Origin: Octopus bimaculoides
Lineage: Eukaryota
Reading direction: 5' to 3'
NCBI RefSeq assembly: GCF_001194135.2
Contig: NC_068984.1
Coordinates: forward strand, 139,780,252-139,820,384
DNA length: 40,133 bases
In this document: piece by piece, positions 22,748-34,186 of the stretch
How positions within the stretch are numbered: position 1 is the stretch's first letter
How the letters are laid out: the number at the start of each line of letters is the position of its first letter
Notes under the pieces: generated by a model
Told to the model about the DNA's origin: nothing
The model's input: the letters and a program-made list of their open reading frames with translations, nothing else
Databases searched by the model: none
Translations under genes and position numbers: made by a program

Positions 22748-23170
22748 GTTATAATTTAGAATAACCAGTAAAAGGTTGTCATTATAGTACTCGGTGTTTC
22801 GAATGTTAGAGTGGAGAGCTGCGATACATTCTCGTCCGCTTTTAATGGCAAGTGACGCTATGAATAACCGGTGAATAAAAGGGAATCTACTCTAATAGGT
22901 AGAGAAATAAAATGGAAAAAAAATTTTTTTAAATACAGGCAACCATATTGTCACAATACAAAGACATAAACCTTCTGGTTGCGTGTACTTTTATCTTTTT
23001 CCCTTTTTTGTGTTTCTACTCGTTAGAGTAACTTCCCTTTTATTCAAAGATTTTTCATAGCGTCTGTTGCCATTAATAGCCGACGAGAATGTATCGTAGC
23101 TCTCCGCTCCGACATTCGAATCTCCGTGTACTATAATGACAACCTTTTACTGTTCGTTCTAAAATATAAC
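22748..23170. mobile_element. 423-bp fold-back element with about 170-bp inverted arms
   Basis: 22748-22920 pairs with about 22995-23170. I count 11 mismatches over the 99-bp core 22766-22864, and the first 25 bp of the core are perfect. Confidence 0.9.
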
Positions 23171-23598
23171 ATATATATATATATATATTAAATATTTTGG
23201 TATTCTTCGATTCTTCTCCCCAACCGCCGACCCAGCACAACTGTGGACCACACGCAACACACATCGGTACTGTTGCAAAATGGTAAACACCTTGTGAAAA
23301 TAGAGAAACAGACAAACATATCAACCACACTGCGTAATTCGAGTTATTTAGGAATACATTTGCAGCTCTGTAACTCTAATGATGCCAGATCTTCATGTTA
23401 GGGCTAGGTTCATTAATAACATAATCATGGAATTTCATACATATTCAATTTGCCTAACTAATGAAGTGTAATTTCCTCATCTCTTATCATGGAGGACATC
23501 TCTAATGAACTGGATTATAGAGATTGCATGTTATTTCCATTGCAGCGACGTTGTTATTGGTTATTAATTGTGTTCATTAAAGACATATTCATACGATA

Positions 23599-24145
23599 TA
23601 TTAGGTTGTCCGGAAAGTTCTGAGCGTTTTTAAATATGGAAAAAGGGACATTCTTCATGAATGTTACTTTTAGAAACTTCCAACTCCTCTGCAAGTTCTC
23701 ACGTCGTGATATTTGAGTTTTCTTCGACTGTTGCCTTCAAAACATCTTCATTCAATTTTGAAGGTCATCCACTGCGATTCTCACTTTCCAAGCTAAACTC
23801 TCCAGCTTTAAAATTTGCAAACCACCTTCGAACAGTTGATTCACCCACAGCATCATCACGATAAACATCACAAATGTTTTTGCAAGATTTTTGCAGAATT
23901 TTCTCCTTTTTTTTAAATAAAGAGAAGCATTACCACGCGAACAAGAATTCTTTTAGTTATCCATTTTAAATGTCAGTAAATGATAACCAAGATGAAGGAC
24001 AGATCAATTTTTATTCAAGAGCAAAGTGCTGCACACCCACTTCAAGCAACGCCAAAGTTTCAATTGTGTTACGTTTCAAGTGTGTTCAATGAAGCATTAA
24101 AAGATTTAGCTTAAAAACACTGAAAAATTTCCTGCCAACCTAATA
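23599..24145 (-). mobile_element. Internally deleted mariner with both TIRs
   Basis: TAttaggttgtccggaaag...tttcctgccaacctaaTA. The minus strand encodes ICDVYRDDAVGESTVRRWFANFKAGEFSLESENRSG*PSKLNEDVLKATVEEN...ELAEEL (mariner N-terminal HTH). Confidence 0.95.
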
Positions 24146-24274
24146 ATATAAACATAATACCTGTAAAGACCACACCTGTCATCTATACACTCTTGGATTC
24201 ACAGATGATTTTGCCAAAACTTTTGCAATAAACATCTTTTTGTTTTTGTCTTTTACCTCATCGTTGTTTCTGTC

Positions 24275-24575
24275 ATTAGACTGTGTACTACCGGGGCAGC
24301 GCTTTGATGAATTTCAGTCGAAAGAATGATCCTCAGTACTTATTTTGTAAAGCTTATATTGGTCTCTTAATTCGAACAGCTAAGTTACGGTGACGTAAAC
24401 ACACCAACACTAGTTGTCAAGCGGTAGTGGAGAACAATGACACACACATACACAATTTTTGTCTGCTCATAAGGCTTTGGTTAGTAGAAGGCATTCACCC
24501 TAGCTGCCATGCAGTAAGATTGAATCCGGGACCATGTGTTTGGGAAGCAAATCTCCTACCACACAGCCACGTCTA
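24275..24575 (-). mobile_element. SINE family A, diverged
   Basis: ccacacagccac head at 24559-24570; tail homologous to 36840-37000. Confidence 0.75.
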
Positions 24576-25547
24576 TACGTATACAAACATTTTCCTCATT
24601 TTACGATATTTCAAACAATCATTTTTACATGAGTTCTAAGTCAACTCGATTTACGTATTTTGATATGCTTTAAGAATATCCATTTAACAGCCGGAAATTG
24701 ATGCTCGTCATTCTCATCCACACTCACTCTCTTTTGTTTTGCCGCTAGTCACGTTGACGATGATCATCCTTATACCGAGCAGTTTTCTTAATGGACAAGA
24801 CTAGATTTTTCTCGAAATTCTAGTGGCTGTTTTAAAATACTATTCATACTACATACTGTGCAGGTGAAACAAACTTTGCAAGTCTAATTGTTTAACTCGA
24901 ATACATCTTCGCTTATGCAAGCTGGTAACGAATCCTTTGACGCGTAAAAGATGTACAGGGATTATATTTTTGCTTGAAAAACCGACAATATAATGCTTTC
25001 CTACAATTTGATCACTTCTGTATTTTAGTTTATTAGCTGTTTCGTATCGTTACTATGATTGCTCTGCTAATATTCCCAGCTCATATAATTTGTCTTCCAT
25101 AGCCCATAATACTTTTCTAGTCATAAAATTCGTAAGTCTTCTGTGTTAATTAAATTTTGGTGAATTAAGTAACCTGCTTTTCTTGGCATACCGATTACAA
25201 ATAAAACTTCGTTGTTGTAGGTTTTCCGAACCATGCACCTATCAAGATCATTAAATTTGCGTTCAGGCATTACAGAAAGGCAGACGATATTTCAGAACCG
25301 TCAATTCAAGGTGTTGTTTCATCCCTCCGTTAATTTTTGTTTTTCCAACACGTATTTTTACCATTTATTTTACTTTATAGTCCGGTTGTAGACGTACAAA
25401 ACAGATGATATAAAACGACACTTCTAAATGGAAATAACGAGAATGGTATATAAATTAGTTCCGTGATCTTGGTAATACGGCTGTATCTCATTTCTTTTCA
25501 ATACAGTGATGTTGACCGAATTTTCCTTGTTATTATACTTACCATAA

Positions 25548-25790
25548 AAGCAGCGAGCTGGCAGAAGCGTTAGCACACTGGACGAAATGCTTGGCGATAT
25601 TTTCGTCTGTCTTTACGTTCTGAGTTCTAATTCCATCGAGATCGACTTTGCCTTTCATCCTTTTGGGGTCGATAAATTAAGTACCGGTTGCGTACTGGGG
25701 TCGATCTAATCGACTGGACCACTCCCAAAAATCGACTGGACCACTCCCAAAAATCGACTTTAACTTTCATTGTTTCGGGGGTCAGTAAGA
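25548..25790 (+). mobile_element. SINE family B with an internal 22-bp tandem duplication
   Basis: aagcagcgagctggcagaagcgttagcac head; aatcgactggaccactcccaaa occurs twice from 25709. Confidence 0.9.
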
Positions 25791-26229
25791 AATAATACAA
25801 TTTGAACACTGGAATCGATTTAAGAGAGGAAAATAACCTCCCATCAAAATTATTGTCCTGCTGCCACTTTATACACTTACAATTGATTGTTAGGTTTCAT
25901 ATTTGAGGAAATAGTTAGTTGTTCCCTACCATGATCTTCCATTGAGTTATTTAAAATGAATTCTACACTTTTAGGTTATAATTTATAATGATCATATTCC
26001 AGCTCTCCAGTTTTAGACATTCCTTTCCGTATGTCAAAATTCTATTCAGGTAATATATAAATTGTATTTCATTATATTAAATTATAATATATATATAGTT
26101 TTCATTATATTATATATTAAATTATATATGTATTACATTATCTTTGTTTAATTCCATTATACATATATTTTATATTATATTATATATATACATAATATAT
26201 GTATATATATATATATATATTATATACAT

Positions 26230-26960
26230 TGTGTGTGTAATTTTGATAATTTTGACTCGTATTCTGCTGGTTATTTTGTTTCCGCTTCTGTTGGATATTC
26301 TGTATATATTCTGGGATATAATTTGTATTGTCTCCATTGTTACCTTTGTGTTGTTTGTGCAAGATTTATTTTCGGAATTAGTGTTATTAATATTTATACT
26401 TTTCGTGTGTATATTTTCATTGTTTCCCCATTGTTATTTGTTTCGTGTCTATAATTCGTAAATTAATATGATTTTTTTTTTTCAGAAATTGCTTATATGG
26501 CGTGTACTGCTATGTAAAATATTTTTCGGCTTTGAATATATATCTTCATAAACCAACGAGTTTGTTGGGATGTAAGCTGATTTCTACATCAATGTTTCAC
26601 AAATTACAAATATTATTGACGTATTTTGTGGTTGTCTAGGTTTTTAAAAAGAAGCACAACTATAAAATATTTATGTCGTAAGGAAACGTATTCCATAATT
26701 TTTTGGGGGTATTTATGTTTCATCTGATATATTTTCCAAGTTCAAAATTGAAGTCACACCCTTTACATAAATCGGGATTACATATATCAGCCCGGTGCCA
26801 GTTTATTCACTTCGAGCTGGGAGGAATTTTTTACCATTTATTTTTTAACTAAATCCTATACAACAGTTTCAAAATATATGTTCGCCTTTATGAGGAGAAA
26901 GCCATAACCAAGTATTATGGTTCTTATTTCTATTGTTCACTGTTCTTTGATGGGGGATGA
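26230..26960 (-). mobile_element. Highly decayed Penelope-like element (RT-thumb linker and GIY-YIG relic)
   Basis: Minus-strand traces TT*IFYSC (cf. TVKISYSC), DNHKI, and SLVYEDIYSKPKIFYIA (cf. IVY...KIYIG), in the expected order. Strong A-rich strand bias. Needs frameshifts. Confidence 0.4.
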
Positions 26961-27239
26961 ATATATCTTATGGTACATTACTCTATTCACACGTAGAGGC
27001 CGTTCTATAATTAATGCCGTTGATAGCAGCAATAAATTATTTTAAGGAAAGTGGAAAACATTTAAAAATAATAAATCAATACCATAATAAAATACACCGA
27101 AAAATATAATTTATATTCTATTTTTTATTATTATTTCATTGATGGTAATGCATTCTCTCTATCGGGAACGGAGGACGCAGCGTTGTTCAATACCTGATTA
27201 TTATTTTGATTTTTAAACTATTACACGCAGTTAGCATGG

Positions 27240-27680
27240 ATGTTGGATGTTGTCTTGACGTTGTTTCACAAGTCTCCTCAGATCTCTAGAATCTTTTCAT
27301 AGATATCTTGCAGAATGCTATATGAAACTTTCTGCCAGACAACAATGTGAATCTCCATTCCAATATCTCTCAGACTCTTAGATAAAATGTTGGGTGCTGA
27401 GGGAAGTGCTACCATTATCATAAGAATTGCGAGTGTCTTACCTTCCACGACCTTCCCTCTCGCTGGGTCCTGATATTTCTCAGTTTTCCCAATATGTCTG
27501 CTGTCTGCTCTATGTTTTCATCAATGATATTGCTTGTTGTTTCCTCTGACCAACAAATTGATTCACCAGAGACTCAACGGTACACCTGTATACAGAATGC
27601 TCGACCGCGTACCTGTTCATTCATTTGCTAATTTAGCTGATGGAAAACCTGAATACCCATCGTCGACAAATGGAGATCCA
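27240..27680 (-). mobile_element. 3' end of an R4/Dong-like (restriction-like endonuclease) non-LTR retrotransposon
   Basis: NIID...KTEKYQDPAR...ILMIMVALPSAPNILSKSLRDIGMEIHIVVWQKVSYSILQDIYEKILEI* (stop at 27280-27278) matches the IID...EK.EKY.DL...V..GALG...L..IG...LQK...ILRKVLE motif. Confidence 0.8.
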
Positions 27681-27703
27681 TGACCACACACACACACACA
27701 CAC

Positions 27704-27742
<39 letters not shown>

Positions 27743-27904
27743 TCATGATTATAATCAAGGGTATTTAAGAGATACCACCATGCTAGAGATAGCAGCTAAA
27801 ACTTGGATCTAAAACCATATATTCATACAGCACTATGTGAAAAGACAAATAAACTAGCAAAAAACTATTGGATAATCCCAATTTTTGTCCGCGTTACTGC
27901 AAAT

Positions 27905-28130
27905 AAAGAATCTTTTCTACTACTGACACAAGGCCAGCAGTTTTGAGGTGATGGAGACAGTTGCTTACATCAAGCCCAGTGCTCAGCTGGGGCTTACGTT
28001 ATCGATCCCGAAAGGATAAAATGCAAAGTCATCTCGGCAGAATTTGAACTCAGACCGAACACAGCCCGTAGAAATATTGCTAAGCATTTTGTGCGACGAG
28101 TTCACAATTCTTCCAGTCCGTCGCCTTAAT
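27905..28130 (-). mobile_element. SINE family B
   Basis: Reverse strand starts aaggcgacggactggaagaattg and has gagttcaaattctgccgag. Confidence 0.85.
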
Positions 28131-28519
28131 TGCATTGTATTAAGTACTCCACTGTATTTTAAGACAATGATTAATTCACACAAAATTTCAACAAGTTTTG
28201 ATAATAAGAACCTTACTAGTTGTCTCTCTATAACTAATTCGGTGTCACAGTTTACGTAGCAGAATTATTTATGGTCTTTGTAAGTCAAGTAATATATCTC
28301 GCCACATTATATTACTTTCGATTTTATCTGACATATCTCGCGCCTCTGAAATAGTTATAATCAATATCAGAAACCTTTATTTCATTTCTTTGTTATGATT
28401 TTAGTTAGTATAGTGTGAACTTCCATTAAATCGAATATATAGCAAGATAAATAACAATGATAGGAATTTTAATAAAGTATATTAGTTCTCATATAATTTG
28501 GAGGAATGATTTCAAGATA

Positions 28520-28960
28520 ATATTATTGGCGTTTCAGAGCATGCTCCTTCGTCAAATTTGAAGGGAAAAAAAAAATTCTACAAGTTTTAATTATTTTATC
28601 AACGCGAGAAAATTAGAGAAACGTTACTACGAAACTGTGTATTTGTCGAATATTTTTTTCAACGTGTTTGAATCAACCACATCGGCTAAAGATTTATATT
28701 AACTTATTTAATTGTTCCAGAGTTATATTTCCATTCTGTCAGTCTCTTTCAGAAACATTATTATAAAATTCAATGATTATCATTAAGTATTTCACTTTAT
28801 AATTCATAACTATTTATTAAATATTATTTAATAAATAATTATTTTTCCTTTCTGAGCCGTATTAACTGTGTTACCTGAATTGAATTTAATGTAATTTATT
28901 ATTCACAGATACTTTGCTGCGGGCCTTACAACCTTAATCATATATTTCCTTCTTTATAGC
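28520..28960 (-). mobile_element. Decayed Penelope-like 3' end (GIY-YIG relic, then hammerhead relic)
   Basis: IYD*GCKARSKVSV (28946-28905; cf. IYxIxCxxCxxxYVG), LH*IQFR*HS, IIIE and PMWLI (cf. PxGLN, about 28685-28671), then a hammerhead-like motif about 120 bp downstream. Confidence 0.5.
28523..28556 (-). ncRNA. Degenerate Penelope-type minimal hammerhead
   Basis: TTGACGA-a-ggagc(at)gctct-GAAAC-gcc. Core C3>U, triplet GCC rather than GUC, stem I poor. Confidence 0.4.
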
Positions 28961-29539
28961 TGTATTCTTTAATTTGATGCCCTGTATTTGTTGAGAGATA
29001 TACCGATGTATTAATGAGTTCCAGCTGCTCTTAAACTTCAAATATACTGGTTTAAGTTTCTACATTTTATAACCTGTCGCCATTGATTAACAACATCTGT
29101 CATATGCGGAGTCATTGTAACCTGCTGTAGATAGGTATAAGAAAAACTCACATCAACTTGGGGGCTTTTGTACGTTACTAAAAGCCGCGGCACAAATGCT
29201 AGACATAACCCACTATCGGAAAATCATAACCCACTGTCGTAAAATGCGAAGGATAGATTGTTTAGTGCAATGTTAGGCATAAAAAAAATATCAGGTTTGT
29301 AACGCCATTAGATATATGAATTCCTAACGAGAGATGCCATGAGGTTGAACCACAACACCTGAGAAACGCTTTATAGTTATAAGCTTGGAATATGGTGTAT
29401 AGACAGTGTAACGTCGCTACAAAACAATTTGTAGTTTTTGTTGTTTGACTTCAATGTGCATTTCAGAACACATCTACCTCTTTATTTTACTTTACTTTTG
29501 CAAATTTCGGTATATTTGCGCTATATTTGTTGTCATCGT

Positions 29540-30250
29540 TTATTGTTGGTTATTGCCAAAGAAGCAAAGCCAATCCGAGAAATTTTATTGTTGAAAATGC
29601 AACGGAAAATCAAAGCAAACTTCATGGAGTATCCTCAACCATAGATTTACTGAGAAGTCAACGAATGTATTGATGATGATGGCTTAAAATACTCGTAGTG
29701 AAAACAACAGCCACGGAATTGAACGCGGTCACAGACGATCTTCTGTGATTAACAAGTTAGAGTTGAGTGCCATTCTTGAAATCGAGCTAAACAAAATAGC
29801 GAGAAAGGTATCAGAGTTAAACGCTGCCGATTCAACTGATGATAGACATTTTCCCAACAATAAAAAGTGAAGCAGTTTTGAAAATTGGATGTCGGACAGC
29901 ACATAAAAATTTTAAAACATTTGCCGTGGCTTCTTTCCTATAACAAAAGTGGTTCATTTCTCGATTACATTATGACATATGATAAAAATTAATTCAGTAT
30001 GAAAACGGCTAGTGTTTGTGGCAGTGGCTGCAGCACCAAGAAGTTTACCAAAACAAAAGTTTGGTGATCGGCAAATGGAATACTGGTGGAGATAAAAGGA
30101 CTGAGAGAAACACATTGCGCAGAAATTGCCAAATATATAGCAATCACTATAACAATCACCTACAGTGATTTTCAATCGAGAAGCCCTAAATTTCTCTATT
30201 ACTTGGACCGACAAAGCTATCGTGTGAAATGTCTGTACAGGAAGTGAATG
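29540..30250 (+). mobile_element. Decayed mariner transposase
   Basis: EAKPIREILLL, AILEIELNKIARK, NKSGSFLDYIMTYDKN (cf. FLDRIVTCDEKW), AAPRSLPKQK...YWWR*KG. TIRs not identified. Confidence 0.75.
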
Positions 30251-30399
30251 TAGTGAGTTCGAAACTCCACAACACACAAAATATTTCCCAGATCATGCTA
30301 CAACGTTTTCTTAACTATTGTTATAACAAATCTATTAACCCGTTGCGAAAGCTGGGGCGCTGAGATCATGGGTGAGAATGCCTGGTGAAGCCCATCCCT

Positions 30400-30690
30400 C
30401 TCCAGGCTAATCTTATTTCTACAGCTTAGCGGACTGGAGCAACATGAAATGAAGTGATTTGATCCAGAACACAATGGATCGCCTAGTCCGCGGATCGAAA
30501 TCACAACCATACGATCTTGAATCCAACATGCTAAGCACTAGGCGACGCACCTCCACTAGTGGTACTCATTTCTACCACTGATTAGACTGTATCAACGTGA
30601 AGTGAAGTGTGTTGCGGGGTCTAGGAATCGAGACCACAATCTTACGATCGTGAGTCCGACACCCTAACCACTAATCCACGTGCCCCCACT
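30400..30690 (-). mobile_element. Two tandem SINE family C head regions
   Basis: Both copies (about 30410-30550 and 30560-30690) have gactggagcaac.tgaa.tgaagtg...gga.tcga.a.cacaa...tacgatc.tga.tcc.aca..ctaa.cacta. Confidence 0.75.
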
Positions 30691-30866
30691 TATGATTTCT
30701 TGCAAAATTAGATCTTCAAAGAGGAAAATCCGCTCAAAATGCATTCGAAGAATTAGCCATTATGTATAATACTGATGTCTATTCTTGAGGAATAGTTTCG
30801 TTTCCGTTGGAAAGAATGTGGATGATAACGGTTATTATATCTGAAAGGCGATGCGTTAAAGTTCAT

Positions 30867-31278
30867 GGATAAAACGCACAATTATTTTTGCAGCAACTAG
30901 ATATTTATTTAGTATAACTTTATGTAACAGAGATAAACAACAACCTTGCCATAAGTATACATAAAACAAGTCTTTCTCTGCCTCTCTTTCCATCAAGGAA
31001 GACATGATGCTTAGTATACTTACATAAATCATTAGTGGATTCGCATGGAACTTAATGGTTTAAATCACAAGGATAAAACACATAATTATTTCTGCAGCAA
31101 ACGCATCTTTCTTTAATGTAACATTATGTAATAGGGATTAACAAGAAGCTTGCCATAAGAGTACATAACTTTCACTCTCTCTCCTTCTCTTTTTCTCTTC
31201 TCTCTATCTATTTTTCTATTTATTTATCTAACATCTGGAACGACATTATGCTTAGCATACAAACAGAAGTGTTAGTGG
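30867..31278. repeat. Old two-copy tandem duplication, period about 204 bp
   Basis: ggataaaac.cac/ataattattt.tgcagcaa...cttgccataag...gacat.atgcttag.atac...ttagtgg at 30867-31038 and 31071-31278. Confidence 0.85.
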
Positions 31279-31780
31279 GGCATTATAAATCTTCACGCTA
31301 CCCATTTTATTGTAAAATAATAAGAAAGTAGGGAAATAAAATTTCCTTTATATAGCTTTCATTGTTTCAAATCCGTTAAAATTAAAATTACACCAAAGTT
31401 TTAACAATGGAAAATGAAATGAAATCGTGTTTTCAGTTCATAGCAGTGCTGTAGAAATTATCTTTTACTTCATTTCTCCAAGGATGTAGCGAATACTAGA
31501 TGTAGCGAATATCATACAGCTGATAGCTTTATCTCACACTTGACATCTCATATGACAATCCTATGGGCCCTAATCATGTCCACAAGACGCGGCTAAACAC
31601 ATCTCTTGTTTGGGAGTGTACAACCCGTTATTGCTCCACCCGTCTGTTATTTAATGGCCCCTTTTTCATTTTTCTTTGTTTATTTTGTTGAGGTAGTTAT
31701 GGGAGCATTCTCGATAATCTGATCGTTTATAATTTCTAATATTTTAGAGGGCGTGGGTTGTATTTTTCTTCCTGTAAAAA

Positions 31781-32460
31781 TACGAGATGCGTTAAAATCG
31801 GTTAACGTTTTCCCGCCAAAACTAATGCTGTGTAAGAAAAATCCTTTGGGTGGACGATGATGCCACTCACCGTACACATGCGTGAATATTTTCACGCCTG
31901 TACACCACGTCAATTCCCGGTTGTTACGATTAGAATACAAACATGTGGTGCGCCCTCGCCTGATTTTAGTTTTCGCCGAAGGCATTGAACACAGTTGTTG
32001 CATTAAATGTTTGCTAAAAGCGCGGTGATACTCATTTTCAAACTATTCAGAAGATTCAGTTGTTCTTCGGCGATGACATCATAGGAAAAATTCAGATTCA
32101 GGGAGCGGTGCAACCAATTAAAACATGACTGCATCTCAGTGGAGATCGAAACATGCTCAGACAGGCCATTCACAATGCGAAACGTGGAACCTATTGAGAA
32201 GGTTCGAGAATATAGTCATGGAAATCCGTCGTGCAACAATCCTAGAAATTACTCGCGAAGTGAAAATAAGCACAGAATCCATGCCTTCCGTTTTAATGGA
32301 TGATTTCTGCATGCGGGGCGTGTCGGCGGAATTTATCCCAAGGTGCTGCCGGGGCTCCCGGAGCTGCCGGAGCTAATCTGCATGGAAATCGCTCGGGATA
32401 CGCTGGACTGTGTAAACGACGACCCAGACCCTATGAAGACAAATATCACTGGACGAGTGG
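31781..32460 (+). mobile_element. 5' half of a decayed mariner
   Basis: Starts TAcgagatgcgttaaaa (mariner-like TIR). IEHSCCIKC, IVMEIRRATILEITREVKIS...LMDDFCMRGVSAEFIPR, IARDTLDCVNDDPDPMKTNITG, ending just before the first catalytic D. Confidence 0.9.
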
Positions 32461-32586
<126 letters not shown>

Positions 32587-33991
32587 GTGATCTACATATG
32601 CATAGGAATTAATTAAAATTCTTCGAGCTACTATTAGTTGCATACCTCTGTTAATAAAATAGTGGGACAAGATTGTATACTGTATCGTGTATTTCCAAGC
32701 AATCACTCAATACATACATACATATATACAAACATACAGACTCACAACTGAAAGACATCTTTTCTAAATGTCTCTCTTTTCATGCATACTTCATATTAAG
32801 TGATCAATATAAAGTTATATAACAAGAGATGGAGCAAACGTTGTGTTTGTCAATGTATCAGTGTCTTGTTGTTTCCTTTACAGCTGTGTAAATACCAGAT
32901 TGTGGTTCCGTTGTTACCTAAATGCAAGAATATACAAAATAGCGTTCAATTATATCCGGTGATTGCACAACAAGAATGGAATCCCGTTAGGCAATTTATC
33001 TCCAGTCCCTCCAAACAAGACATTACTTATAAGATATTAATTTCAGTTTTTTTTTTATAATTTTTAAGCTGTACAAAATGTTTATCTAACATATACTGAA
33101 ATATCTACTATAGTAGTCTTGCTTCTCTGATATTTGTTCCATTTGTGCTCTTATTGTTATCAATGATGTTGTTTATGACAGAATTTGGATGGATGGATGA
33201 TGAGGAGGAGGAGGAGGAGGAAGAGGAGGGGTTGAAGTGGAAATGTAGGAGGAGAATGAGGACGGTGGTATTAAAGAGAAAAATGACTCAATGCATTGAT
33301 AAAGTCTTAAAGAGTTAAGATTTGCCACAATATTCTCTGGATCGAGGTAGTGTCTGTTGATTGGGCTCTGTTTTTTTTAAGGCTTTGAACACACAAAATT
33401 TACAGGCCTATATTATGCTACGGAATAACGTTGCAGATATAGCAGTAGATATAGTTTTTTTTTCTTTTTTTTTAACCTTAAGCTTGAAATGGGATCTTGT
33501 ACACGTTTAACCAAAAGTTTAAATCATTATCTTTCTTTTGCTCAAATACAACCCGTTTTATTTTTCGGAGTTTTTAAGGTGGAATTAGCGTCGTTTGGCG
33601 TCTATTTTCCAGCGCGTGGAGAGGCTTATAACTAATCCCCTGTTATAATTATGTATAAAATATTTGTAAAATTAATTCTCCTTTAAGGTTTTTATTTCTG
33701 CGCTGACCCCTTGGAAAAATCATTAATTATTTTACTCTTTATTAATTATATATATAAAGACATATTGGGTCATGTACATTTATTTATCATAGACTTACAG
33801 CTGTTTCAGATATACATTTGTGTGCGTTCGTGGTTCAACTTTATTAGTCGATTCTTACAGAAAACCCTAAATTATTCAAATAAAACAGCTACAAGCTATA
33901 AGCCAATAAATGTATATAACCCTATATTTCTTTTTATTCTCTCTATTTCCTATACGTACATATATATATGCACGGATAAATACACATACGC

Positions 33992-34041
<50 letters not shown>

Positions 34042-34065
34042 GTATATATATATATATATGTAGGT

Positions 34066-34141
<76 letters not shown>

Positions 34142-34186
34142 GTAGGTAGGTATTTATACATATGTTTGTGTGTGTGTCTGTGTGTG

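Noticed and set aside
32884-33060. Acceptor followed by an open frame (LCKYQIVVPLLPK...EWNP)
   Set aside because: No donor found. The faint CR1/L2-like WNP trace is too weak to call either an exon or a LINE.
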